From: Eukaryota sp. GEM-RC1
Taxonomy: Eukaryota
Length of the DNA: 64,000 nucleotides
Direction: 5' to 3'
Assembly (NCBI GenBank): GCA_040285855.1
Contig: JAUFOQ010000001.1
Location: 2,728,001-2,792,000, forward strand
In this document: positions 50,137-62,447 of the stretch, in pieces
How positions within the stretch are numbered: the stretch's first letter is position 1
How the letters are laid out: every line of letters begins with the position of its first letter
Made by a program: the position numbers and the translations under genes
Notes under the pieces: model-generated
What the model saw: the letters and a program-made list of their open reading frames with translations, nothing else
Databases searched by the model: none
What the model was told of the DNA's origin: nothing

Positions 50137-51399
50137 GAGAAAGAATAATTAAAAGTTTCTGTAAAATCCAAAATGCAAACCACACCAGCAGAAACTCTAC
50201 AGTAGTCATTGTCACTTTGTCTCATATCAGTAAAATCAAATGTTATTAACTAAACAAAAGAGTAATAAAACAATGATATCAATAAACAGGGATTATACTG
50301 ACTTGAGATTTTACCAAACTTGTAAATCACAACATTCTTTACTTTCTGTGATTCCACGTTTTGCGATGGGTAGTTATCAGAACCGAAAGAAAATTGTACA
50401 GAGTGATGTTTATAGTTTGATTTATATGACAAATCTTTTTCTTCCCGTGCGTTTTACATTAATGACGCTTAAAGAGAACAAACGGTAGTAGGTGCAGTAA
50501 GATTACATTTTAGAAGCGTTCATTGAACACTAAGTATCCTTGTTTCTATTGAATAAGTAATTTAAATAACTGCGATTATTCATTTTCATCAATTTCAATA
50601 AAGGCCATTTGTTTGTTCAAGAGAACGTCTTCTATATTGTTTTTAAATATATACCTCAGATCCTGTTGAGAAGTAAATGTACTACATGTAGAATTGAAAT
50701 TATTGAAAGACAAAAGTTTGATTTAAGTAACAGAATTTGCCGCCGAACAAGATTCCAATATGAACTGTCCAACAATATATTTGAAATATTTAACATTTGA
50801 AGAGTCCTGACTAAGACTTTGCCACAAAACATAGCTAAACGAAATCTCCTTGAATTACTAAGATTCTTGAGAGAAACCGTTTAAATGTCCAACGCAAACC
50901 CACAGTGAAGCAAATCATACACATACCACTCTGTTAATAGTGGGCAAGTGTAATTCGTACCATAACTTTTAACATTGGTTTCAGCGAGTGCTGAACTTTT
51001 TTGAGACAAAGTTGTGCTTCACATCAACTTTGCTCTGTACATCGTTTGTCAGCAACCAACGATACTTAAGGTAAGGTGAGAGTCTATTTTGGACTTTGGA
51101 AAAATCTTACAAGAAACACAATTTCTATAAGGGTATCGAATGATAGCGCGATTCTTCGACAATTCCAGTCCTTTTATCTTAGCTAACACAGATCACAGTA
51201 TGATTTGTGAAGTATAACTATGCTTTGAGACTCTCTACATGATTATAAAGAACAACAAATGATCTACCACCATAGTACAATACAATTGTTTAAAAAAGAA
51301 AAAAAAACCTTCATTGATAGTGAAATTGACATTGTCAAATAGAACATAAATCAATATAACATGTTTAACCGCTAAACATCACAACAATTGTAAACAAGT

Positions 51400-52980
51400 T
51401 TAACAGACGATTCGACCAGACGAGACTCTTTTAACTGATTGAATTGTCCTGGAATTAAGTGTGTTATCCTCCAAATGAATCACAGTAATTGAAGAATTTA
51501 CTCCAACGGCCTCAGCCAATGCAATAGCACCTTGACTTCCAATATTGTTGGATCCGAGATCAATCTGACTGATAGTGGAATTAACTTTCAATGCATTGGC
51601 TAATTGCTTAGCTCCCTTGTCGGTTATACAGTTACCCCAAAGATTAACTTCAGTAATTGAGGTGTTGACTTTCAAAGCTTTAGCCAAATGAAGTACTCCC
51701 TCGTCACCAGTAGAGTTGCTCCACAGATTGATTTTCGTTAATGTAGAATTCACTCGCAAGGATTTAGATATCGCTATGGCACCTTCATATCCCATAGAAT
51801 TTTGACCAAGAATAATCTCAGTAAGAGAACGATTGACCTTCAAAGCTTCACTCAAAGCTATAGCACCATCAACTCCAACAGAATTGCCCCACAGATTGAT
51901 GGTATTAATAGTAGAATTTACCATAAGTCCTTCTGCTAAAGCTATGGCGCCGTCATCTCCAATAGAGTTACCCCAAAGATTAATTACGGTAAGCGTTGAA
52001 TTAACTTTTAAAGAATCTCCTAATGCTGCGACACCTGTACTACCAATGTAGTTATCTACTAAATTAATATCAGTAATTGAGGTATTCGCTTCCAATGCTT
52101 CGAATAAAGCAGTAGCACCTACATCGTTGATGTAGTTAAGTTGAAGATCAATAACAGAAACAGAAGAATTTAATTTAAAAGCTTCAGCCAATGCCATGGC
52201 ACCTTCATCACTAATAGAGTTGTGACCCAGATTAATGTCAGTTATGGTCGTATTGACCTTCAATGCTTCAGCCAATGCAATAGTTCCGTCATTGTCAATA
52301 TAGTTTCTACCTAGATTAATCTGAGTAATTGACCGATTCCCTTTCAACAACTCTGTCAATGGCTTTAACAAAGAACTATCAAAACGCACATCAAGACGTT
52401 TAAGACGTGGGCAGAAGCACGGAGAGCAGTCATTGAGGAAGTTCAAGTCGATCTCTGCATTTAGTTTGACTTTCATACCGGAAACGATATGTGAAAGTTC
52501 TAGTAATTTTTCGATTCTAAAGTATCCACCTACATGTAGGAAGATAGATTGAACCTCTGCTCCAAAGAAAGAAGCAATAGAAGAAAGAAGTGTAAAATCT
52601 TGGGATACTACAGGGAACGTGTTTGTAGCAAAGAAGATGTTAACTGCTGGAAAGGAAGATTCAAAGAAACGTTGGCTAAGAAAAGCAACACTGTTCATAA
52701 AGGAATGTAGTTCTTTCATCAAGCTGAGGAGAGGTCGGCGAGGTTCAACTTGGTTTATAACAAGACAAGGTTTCAAGAGACGGTTGGCCAAGTGGGTATG
52801 AACTAGCATCAATAAGGATTGTTGGAAACGAAGAGATTTAACTGTCTTCTTCTTTGTACAAGATGTGAAGCTGTTTGAAGACCATAGACATTTAAGTGAG
52901 CATACATGTCGATTAGAACCAATTTCCAGCTTATGGAAACCAACAGATTGGCAAACAGAACAAGATCTGGTTGGCATCAT
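51400..52980 (-). CDS. RI-type (NLRC3-like repeat) LRR protein with N-terminal C2-C2 motif and family domain
   Basis: ~11 28-aa repeats (INLWGNSIGDDGAIALAEGLMVNST); CSVC..VCSLKC; RFQQSLL. Confidence 0.85.
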   Translation of the reverse strand: MMPTRSCSVCQSVGFHKLEIGSNRHVCSLKCLWSSNSFTSCTKKKTVKSLRFQQSLLMLVHTHLANRLLKPCLVINQVEPRRPLLSLMKELHSFMNSVAFLSQRFFESSFPAVNIFFATNTFPVVSQDFTLLSSIASFFGAEVQSIFLHVGGYFRIEKLLELSHIVSGMKVKLNAEIDLNFLNDCSPCFCPRLKRLDVRFDSSLLKPLTELLKGNRSITQINLGRNYIDNDGTIALAEALKVNTTITDINLGHNSISDEGAMALAEAFKLNSSVSVIDLQLNYINDVGATALFEALEANTSITDINLVDNYIGSTGVAALGDSLKVNSTLTVINLWGNSIGDDGAIALAEGLMVNSTINTINLWGNSVGVDGAIALSEALKVNRSLTEIILGQNSMGYEGAIAISKSLRVNSTLTKINLWSNSTGDEGVLHLAKALKVNTSITEVNLWGNCITDKGAKQLANALKVNSTISQIDLGSNNIGSQGAIALAEAVGVNSSITVIHLEDNTLNSRTIQSVKRVSSGRIVC

Positions 52981-54168
52981 GAATTAGCTTATAAATTTCA
53001 GGTGAAGAGTATATTGCTAGAAGGGAAGTGTGATAAAGGTCCTAGAGTAGAGGAATACACTTTGATGGAAGATAAACAATCAAAACTGTTTTTTTAAATC
53101 TTTGTTTATGGAATAAAAACACTAAAATAAACACAAATACTAGAACTCAATATCATTAAAGCAACAATCATTGCCATTAAAACTCACATCAGCTTTTTCT
53201 TCATAAAAAACAGTGAGAGCTTATACAGCTAAACTGTTATTATTTATTTGTCATGATCATTTACAATCACAACTGTTTTTAATGGAATAATGTCTATTGT
53301 ACATACTCTAAAGAGAGTTTAGCGCTGTAAAGAGTGTTGACTGTACAAACAATTACGATAGAACATCATTTACATGTACCAGTCTATACGAAACGTTTGG
53401 CTAAAATAATGACTTTAGTACCACTATCATTAAATGAAGAACGATATTGAACTACTATCGGATTTATTCAAGTATGACAAAAATATATTTTTCAAACGGA
53501 GGTTAGTGTTGTTCACAACAATGTAAACTGCCACATGTAACTCAAATTATTGAAGCACAAGATAACGCTTCTCTTTAAGCAGATCTGATCAGGTTCTTTG
53601 AATGATCTCTTTACATCGAGGTATGATTATCAGAAGAAGTCAAAGTTTCAGTAAATCCTACTGATCAAGTGTTCTGTATAGTTGTAGTTATTCATCATTC
53701 CTTATGATAGAATCCTGCTATAGTTAAAACAATTCCCCATGTCGTCTCCTGAACTCTGCCAGCAGTCACAACCTTTTGTGAAGTAGAAGTTGAAATAACA
53801 ACCTGATGACCTGATGTTACACTGAAACTGTTACAATGACAACCAAATTTAGTTACATGTATTTCATCAATTTTTGTATGTGCAACTACAAATTGACTTT
53901 AAAAGAACTTCTATTTGAACTGAGCCTTTGATGATTGGTGATGATGGAAAACACAGAACATCATTCTTCAGACATTTATTACTACTGATGATTGGCAGTA
54001 GAAATAACGGAAAAATGATAAAAAAAATCGGACTTGAATGATTGAAAAAACTAAAACTAAGTAACAGAACTCCAATAAACAAACCAAACTCAAAGTGAAG
54101 TGAATTACTACACACAAATGTTTCATGAACAATAATTGATTGTTACCCCTGGATTTACAATTTGTTAC

Positions 54169-55563
54169 CTATCCATTAACAAATTCTAAAAACTGCACAT
54201 CTCGCTGCAAGAACTTTTTAACTGGAAACTCTGCTTTAGTATTCCCTTCCAAAAGTTCCTCTAAATACTTGAGACTTTCTTCTTGATAAAAATCAACAAA
54301 AGATGAAATATTCTCAAGTTTACTCTTAATGCTGTGAGCAAAAACTTGAAGTTTGTACTGGTGAATTGTCCTTGATGCCCTCTGGAGAGCAAACTGTAAC
54401 ATTAAAGGAAGCTGCGGTAAAATATTAAAATATTGTATCCAATTTTTTGAATAAAAAGAGGAAAAAAAGACCTAAAGTTAGTTGCTCCACGTGATCAAAT
54501 GACTGAGTGTCACGATTCCACTCACTGATCCTTTCTATCACATCACCACCTGCCAAACTGATTTGATTGGCATGTGTATAAAACCTGGAAGTGTTTAAAG
54601 AAAGCAAAAGTGTTAAACATTTAAATTTTGAAAAATTCTTTGAGAACGCATGATCGAAATCACACTTATAAAGTGACAACAACGACGACAACAAACGATT
54701 AATTTGCTCAATATTCATACTGAAATCATACTTTTCTCGAGGATATTCAATTAAAAGATAGTCCAGGTACAACAATACCTTTACACACACTTCAAGCAAC
54801 GGAATAAAGAAAGCGACATTTGACTCAAAATCCTGACAGCTAATGTCTTGATGCACAGCACGTATTCTATCCTTAAAGAAATAATAAGAATCAAGAATAG
54901 TTACACGTTTGTCAATTAAATTCTGATACAACATCTCACAAAGTCTCGTCACCGTAGCATGTAATGCTTTGGGAGTCCTAACGTTGGCTGCTGACACGTC
55001 AGAACCTGCTGCAGATCTCTTGAACTCTTTGATAGGAACCATTCCTTGAGGAGTGATCTCAAGAGGATGCAGCATGTTTTCAGAAGTTCGAAGTTGTTGT
55101 TCTGGGAGAGGACATAGAGAGTCGCAGGTAGGGGTGAATGCTTTTGTGTATCGCTTTTGAGAGGCTTGTTGGAGTTGTTTCTTTTGTTTCTTTAGTTTAA
55201 GGCGTTGGATGCTGCCTTTGATGCGAGGTTCTGGGGGAGTGGGTTTGACCTTGAGCGTGGAGATGGGAGTAGTGGAAGGGGAAGGGATAGGCGTGTAGTG
55301 GTGAGTGTGAGAGGGTGTTGGTGGTGTGGGTTTGACCTTTTGAGAGGTGGAGGTGCTTGAAATAGTGGAGATGATGTAGCAATAGTAGTAGAAGATCGTT
55401 TTATTTTGGGGACAGGTTCAGATGACCAGTCGTGTGTATCAATAGTGCCTGATTCCTTGTGATGTTGTAAAAGCCTTTTCAGCTCTTTCTGCATAGCCTG
55501 CCTGTCCACCAGTGACGTGGCTACAAGAAAGCATTTGTCAAGAAATGTTGGGAGACTACTCAT
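54169..55563 (-). CDS. SAC3/GANP/THP3-domain protein, broken by homopolymer indels (~55230, ~54463)
   Basis: TCDSLCP..E..R..L..LE, KEFKRSAAG, VRTPKAL, YYFFKDRIRAVHQDI, DWSSEPVP. The 3' end is uncertain. Confidence 0.78.
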
Positions 55564-55672
55564 TTGTTTTGGAGAAAGGGGAGAATGTTTAAAACTTGTA
55601 ACACCAATAAATTACACCTCATATAGTATCGTAAGTGTCCCAATACATGCAAGAAAATCTGTTTACTTGTAT

Positions 55673-56343
55673 CAGGGCTCCTCATAAATAAATATAAATT
55701 CTATTTATTTCAGGGCTCCTCACAAATATATATAAATTCTATTTATTTCTATTTATTTCTATTTATATTTATTTTTGAGCCTTTTTGGCGATCATGCAAA
55801 TAAAACAAAATAAAACAAAATATAAATAAATATAAATAAAATCTCTTTCGTTTATCCATACACTTGAGGTCCTTTTTACTCAGTCTAACTTCAAAACTCT
55901 CTTTTAGATCATAGTCAAAATGAACGCGTGCCAACTGGTACTGTCAGAATCATCAATATAAACGAAGAATGTGCTCATTACAATGAAATTGTCAAAATTT
56001 CCTACAACGAATTAGTAGATGTTGATGAAGCTGTTTTCTCATACTATTCTTTAGGAGTGAACGAAAGAAACTTTATAGCAACTAAAATGCTGCTCGATCT
56101 TAATGGGTCTTGATGAAATGACAATATTGGTGCAATCATATTAAGTAATGGGTCAGATATGATTAGACGAGCCAAAAACTGTCCAATGAATTGGTTTCCC
56201 TTACCATGACTTGAACTAAGACTTGTATAATAATATTTTGCTAAAATTTGTGTTTTATTTTGTTTTAATTATATTTATTTCATATTTATTTTTGGCACTT
56301 TTTGATGTTCAAATTATTTTAAATTATCTTATGAGAGGGCCTG
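55673..56343. mobile_element. hAT-type MITE with duplicated left end
   Basis: Imperfect TIR CAGGGCTCCTCATAA / CAGGCCCTCTCATAA; 8-bp TSD ACTTGTAT (55665-55672, 56344-56351). Confidence 0.88.
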
Positions 56344-56871
56344 ACTTGTATCAAATATAAAATTGCTTGTATTGAACTCTTATAATGTTTGCTTAATAAT
56401 TAAAAATAAAATTAAAGTTTTTGACACGAATATTGGTGATGTTTAAGAATCGAACAACCCTAAAGGGTATTTGCTTTTGATCAGTTTATTAATTGATAAC
56501 CTAATTAATTTTCTATTAATCGTCATAGTTGATATCTGACCACTCTATTGGAATAAATGCTTTAAATGAGGAAACTTGTCCAGTTTAATCAGATTGTGCC
56601 TAGGTAAGAAGAAGCAAAAGAATTCACATCAGTCGAGATTTTGTCAATTTTGTATCATAATATGTTTTCGTATTTCTACTTGGTTTTTGAGTTTTTCTTG
56701 TTTGTGAAAAAATGTGTTTTGTGCCAAATTTGTTAACAAAACTGTGTACCAAGATCGTTCATGGTAGTCACTATTACATTGAAATATTTAACACTTAAAT
56801 ACGGAATATACATATGAATTTAGAAAAGAATTATATTACACGGTATAAACAATGACGATTTTATGAACTTT

Positions 56872-58405
56872 TTATTCAACAATTTCAAGAACGTGATTAC
56901 CCCTACATAACCTAGCATATGGATAATAATTGCCACTACTTAACTGGGGAAGAGTTCCAGTAAGATTAATTGAAGAATTACTCACGGATTTGATTGTTGA
57001 AGTGTGATTGATGAGATTTACATTGATTTCCAGTAATTCACCAGGATTCCACTTAACTTTGTTTCCAGAGAGACAACCCCAAACACCAGTACCATAATTG
57101 TGGAAACAGTGAGCACTTGTATGAAGATCACCATCAACACTAAACATTGACTCGTCAATGACTCCAACAATAAGATATTGAGCGTGCCCCTGGTACCTCA
57201 ACTTCCAAGTATACTCATTACCTGGAAGAAGTGGATCTTCTCCCAAGATATTTCTATACACCCCATCACCACCACTTCCAACAACTCTCTTTCTATCCCC
57301 ACTAACTTGTAACTGAGAATGTTTCTTAGTTGGGGAGAATCTAATCACTTTTGATTGAGGAACTGATTGAGACCCCACTTGAGTTTCTGTAGCTGTCTTT
57401 TTTAAGTTGTTCAATTTCTTGTTGTAGTTTGGTAATTTTGTTAGACTTTGTAGTAGTTAAATTCTGAATATCAGTTGTTAAACCAGCATTGTTTGTTCCC
57501 AAATCAGAAATTGTTGTCTTCAAATGACTGATTTCTGTTGTTAAATCAGAATTGTTGCTTTCTAAATCCAAATTTTTTGCAGTTAATTGAGAATTCTGCA
57601 AGTTCAATTCAGATACTTCTTCCTTCAAATCAGAATTTTCCTTCACCAAAGAGTCAAAATAAAGATTCTTAACTCTTGTAAACAAAAACTTCATCAAATC
57701 GGCTTCAAATTCTTCAACATCTTTTAAAGGAACAAACAGAAACTCATCCCATTGTTGAAAAGAAAAGGCTTCAATTGAGCAAGAATTTAAAATACTAAAA
57801 AACTCATTCAAATCAAAACTTTGATTCAAAATTGATTCCACAATTGATTTGACGAACCACGACTGTGATTGAGTGGAAGTACAGTATTTTGAAAGTGTTT
57901 GTAACCCTTCAGTAGTGATTTCCATCACGTCATCAATCACAAGGTCGTCAATCTTAGAAAAGAAAGGACCAACGAATTCCAGAGCTCTCAAGTCATTTCT
58001 TTCATCTGCTTCTTTAATGAATGGTTTTAACCAAGCCCAGGTCATGAGATTAGTGTTTAGGTGGTTTTCCACTTGTACGATCAGTTTGTCCACTTGAAAG
58101 TAGTGGACGAGGTAGTAAAAGTCATAGGCATTGTTCTCATCGAGGACGAATGATTGTCCGAAGAAGGACTTGATGAAGGCAAGAAAGTTGTTAGAATCAA
58201 CAGGGAGATGGGAGAAGTCGATTGGGTTTTCGTCTCTATCACCAAACTCCAAGAACCAAAGAGATCGGAAGTAGGTAGAATGAGCAGCAAGGATGAACTT
58301 GTTCACTTCAATAGACTCTTCTCCTAATGTGATGGTTTGATTGCATAGGGAAGGTTCATCGAGAATGATAGATAGAGTTTCTGCTGGGGGAAGGGAGAAT
58401 GACAT
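56872..58405 (-). CDS. BTB/POZ - coiled coil - SPRY-like protein, paralog 2; extra T in the run at ~57398
   Basis: Highly similar to 27448-29022. T6 versus T5 explains the ORF break. Confidence 0.8.
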
Positions 58406-59374
58406 GAGAAGTAGTGCAAAGAGAGAAATGCAGTTGTTCGTTTCTGGTAAGAGAATCCTTACGTTTGTCCGTTTCCACCACAATCCCAGCTACATGTAGT
58501 GAACATTACGCATTCTTTCTCTATCATTATTACAATGCTTGTGGGTGAACCTGTTTCTTTCCAATTTCTTCTTGTCATAATCTTTCAAGTCTTTCCTACT
58601 AATCTTCAGTCCTTCTCTCTTCAAAGTATCTTCTGGTCTCTGTTCCTTGTATTTGAGATTACGATCTCTCAAAGTTACATGGTCTTTATCACCTCAGTTC
58701 TTCTTTCAAAAAACAACTCTTCCACTTCAGTACTCCTAAAAGAACATCTTACTTGTCACTTCTTAGGTCTTTGCTACCTCTCTGTGAACAATCAATGACA
58801 CGCCAATTCTTTCATACTTTTCCTTACAAAATCACTTCTTCTCCCAATGATAGTCTGCTTCAAGAGTCATCAGTTACAACGGTTACTGTAGAAGAAAACA
58901 TTAAGATAAGATCAGGACTCGTGAGAATTCTGCTTCTTTCTTTTAAATAATTTAATATTAAATTTGAGATTTTTCTTATTACGTGCTTAAATACGGCATT
59001 GGTGAAGCTGCAAGTTATCAATCAAAATTTGAATCAGCTGTTGATCGTGATTTGTCTTCAAAACTAAATCTGTCGTCTTTCTGTGAACGAAGTAAGTTCG
59101 TTTACTAATATATAAGCATTGTTGTCTAACAACATTGAATAATTTTAAATTATTTAATCTCAATCAAGTTATTACATTTTCTAAAGTAGGGCGATTGAAA
59201 ACCATTAAAGAATTTGTAATAACAGAATCCTAGAGGTTTCTGGTTGAATTTCAAAGATTTGTTTAGTAGCTTTAAAGAAACTCTGTAGTGGATCTTATTG
59301 AAAAATTGATAGGTACTTTTAAATCAGACCGCTTGTATATTGTCTAATTATTGTTTTATTAAAGGGGAAGTAAT

Positions 59375-60400
59375 ACCAGGTGGAACGTTCATCAGCAAGT
59401 AATACCTACTTGGTGGCATACGGTTTCTGATGACTGAGTGCCATGGTTGGAACTTTGCAAAGGTCCACGTGTCAGCATCAGAGATGGATACACTGATCAT
59501 GTGGAGTTACCCAAGGAATAGTTCTTGGGGATAGCGTCTCGGTGGAAACCTATGCCGTTAAACTCAACAAGTCGTTCAACTTCATGAGCGCGTTCTTCGG
59601 GAGACATACGCATTCGTATAGCTTGTTGTTCCTTTTCAGCACGAATCCTCTTCTCTGCTTCTGCTCTCATGGACTTTTCTTTAGCTAGTGATTCCTGCAA
59701 TACTCGAGTCACACTAACTACTTCAGTAGGCATCTTTGGAGGAACTGGCTCTACACTATTGTTGACAGATACTCCTCATTGATTACTATCATTAAAGAAA
59801 CTACTAGAGAAATCAGCAGAGGAAGAAGAAATACTCTCTTGACTAATGTCTTTATTTAGAGATGCGGAAGTTCTACTTGTTCCACTGGGATAATACTCTA
59901 GCACAGTCAACCAGTTCATAAGAAGCCACGGATACCAAAGTTGGCAAGTCAGAGATTATCCCATCCTTGTTACGGGCAGCAAAGATTTCTGTAGGCCTAG
60001 AGGACTAATAACATGAGCAAACCTGGTTAGAAAGATGGAGTCTGACAATTCTAGTCGGTGAGCCTTGTTCTTCGCTTGAAGGAATTCCTTCAAGTAACAA
60101 GACAAACGTTCACGGACATTTTCAACCCGGACATCCAACCGTAAATGCAGGAAAGCTTTGTCAAACTCCTCATAAGAAGTGAAAGAGATACCCTAAGAGA
60201 TGCAACGGCGTCTCTATCGTACAATTTGACTGTACAATGGACTGCAGTAAAAATGGGAAAGGCAATAGGCGAAGAGGGACAAGGGAAGACCGGTCAGTAA
60301 CTGACTCGTAGATCTTCCACTCGTTGAGGATCATCAGGTTCACTGCCAACACCGTCATAAGATAGAGATTTTATTGCGTGTTGGATGTTTTTCTTTTCTT
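59375..60400 (-). mobile_element. Degenerate gag relic of a divergent relative of the full-length LTR element
   Basis: Frameshifted translation HRDAIP..VSISDADTWTFAKFQPWHSVIRNRMPPSRYYLLMNVPPG matches Gag HRDAVP..VSISDYDLWHLAKFAPWHPTLRHRMPAGRHYLLKNVPPG. Confidence 0.8.
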
Positions 60401-60879
60401 TAGCCTTTCTTTAGCTTCCGTGAGCATTTGGTCTATTGTATACTTTCTACAACTGTGACAGACTAGTCGTTCTTGGTAGGTGGTGACTTGATGGTGGCTA
60501 GCACATAACTCTAGGTCGGTGGTGTTGTAGTTACAGTGACCACGTGGGATTTTTGGTTGGGGTTCAAAATTATTTTACAGGGTAGATAGGAAAAAGGATG
60601 GTACCTTTATAGGGAGAAGATAATCTATAGTTGAAGGCATTGATTGTAGGAAGTGACGAAGAGATTGTTGCGAACGCATGATGCCATATTTTGGTGATTT
60701 ATTGGTATCCTATAATACGACTTTGATACAAATACAAAGTAACAGTGTACTATTAGTTTCTCAGCAACAAATGCATTGTTTATGTTCAATTTTTATTTGT
60801 AACAATTAATTAATACATACTAATTCAGAAAATGAAAGAAGTGAAATTCTTCACATTAACATGAGAATCATTCCTGTAC

Positions 60880-61510
60880 AAATGGAACTTAAATACTTGG
60901 GAATTCTTCTAGAAAGAGCAAACATAATTGGATTCACCCATACAACACTACAAACAATAAATACTCATGAATGTGACGCTAAGAGTAAATGACGCTTATG
61001 TTATCACTACTACTTTATCATGAAGATACACAGTCTGAGTTTATTTTTTGCCAGTAAGGACTCGCGCTATTTTTTCTGTTATATCTAATCATCTCATCTA
61101 CTTTGCGTGGGAGATTTATTTTCAATCTAAAAGTTCATGAATGGCTTGTTAACATGATACTTGGTTTAGATTTTTGGTCATTTGGGTTGTTACAGAACAT
61201 CATGTGTATCTGTAAAAACAAACATAAAGCTAGCTTTCATCATTTGATCAATTGTTCAATCTTCATAGATTGTCCTTCAATTTTGCACAACAGTCTTCGA
61301 GATACTTGTTTGGAAATGTTTAAGGCGAATGGTTTTCATGGAAAAGTTGAACCATTACTTTCTCATCTTTCAGATCACACGTTGATCCTTGCAAAGCTGC
61401 AGCTATTGCCACTATTTTGAATACTTCAAATGATCCGCTGAAAGACGCTGAGAACGCCAAAGCGTCTAAGTACGCACATCAAGTTGCTGCATTGAATTCA
61501 CGAAGAATAA
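60880..61510 (+). mobile_element. Relic of an RLE-type (CRE/R2-like) non-LTR retrotransposon
   Basis: ELKYLGI (~60885), CIC......HHLINC......LHNSLRD..VEP, and DP..AENAKASKY; heavily decayed. Confidence 0.55.
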
Positions 61511-62447
61511 AATAGCACATTTCTAATGAATTCGGGGAACATTTCTTCATACATAAGAAATAGAAACACACTGAATTTTGTAACTGTGTTTTTAGCGATG
61601 AAACGCATCTGTATTTATTTGTTATCTGTTTCTACATTGCCAGCTGAACGATGACATGAGAACGGCCGTATTTGTGGTAGTTTCAACTTTCTCAACAGTT
61701 CAACTACCAACTCTTTCACATAATCACTGCAACATGTGACACACTGTTAGAGAAAGAGTTCAGACATTGGACATACATCGAACAATACAAACCTACGTTA
61801 CATTAACGCCTATTTTCATTTCACAACAATCACTATTCATAATTTGCAAATACGGTTTCTATCCATTGAAATCACATACAACATTCTTATGTAGTTTTAC
61901 GATTAGATGATGAACAGTTTTAAATGATATTTCTATATATGTTTGAGTTAAATATGACTGTTAAGTATGGTCATTTGGGTCATAGATACGTACCAGCGTG
62001 GTTATTTAGCTATAACTTCCAATTCACCATGCATAAAGGAAAGGGTTGTGTGATCACATCACGACACTAACGAGGGTTTGATTTAGACGGCGTACAAACA
62101 CTTGTGTACAACACTGATTTTTCAATAACAGTTTCCCTTAACATACACTACATTGTAGTACAGTGTAATACCTGATCTTTCATTTTGTTGAGATTTTAAT
62201 ATGAAGTAAAATCAAGTTCCGAGTCCCCATCCTTTTGACAAAAGCAAAAACTACTGTACTTTTAGAAAAATCGTTAAGATGCTTAACTTAAGACCCAATA
62301 TGAGCACAATTGGCATATTTCTGAAAATTGCCAACACTGAACATAACCTAAAATGTCCAGACACCAAACACATGGTAATTGACAGGTTGAACTTGTGTCG
62401 TGTTCCACAAGTTATTTAAAAAACAGATTTGCTCCAGCCCAATCTAC

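Noticed and set aside
27448..57360. Diversity-generating retroelement acting on the SPRY loops
   Set aside because: No template repeat or DGR-type RT in the window; variation includes indels and third-position changes not explained by adenine-specific mutagenesis.
4127..57403. Genome-wide programmed frameshifting
   Set aside because: Non-intron breaks sit in homopolymer runs, go in both directions and differ between near-identical copies, which is typical of long-read error.
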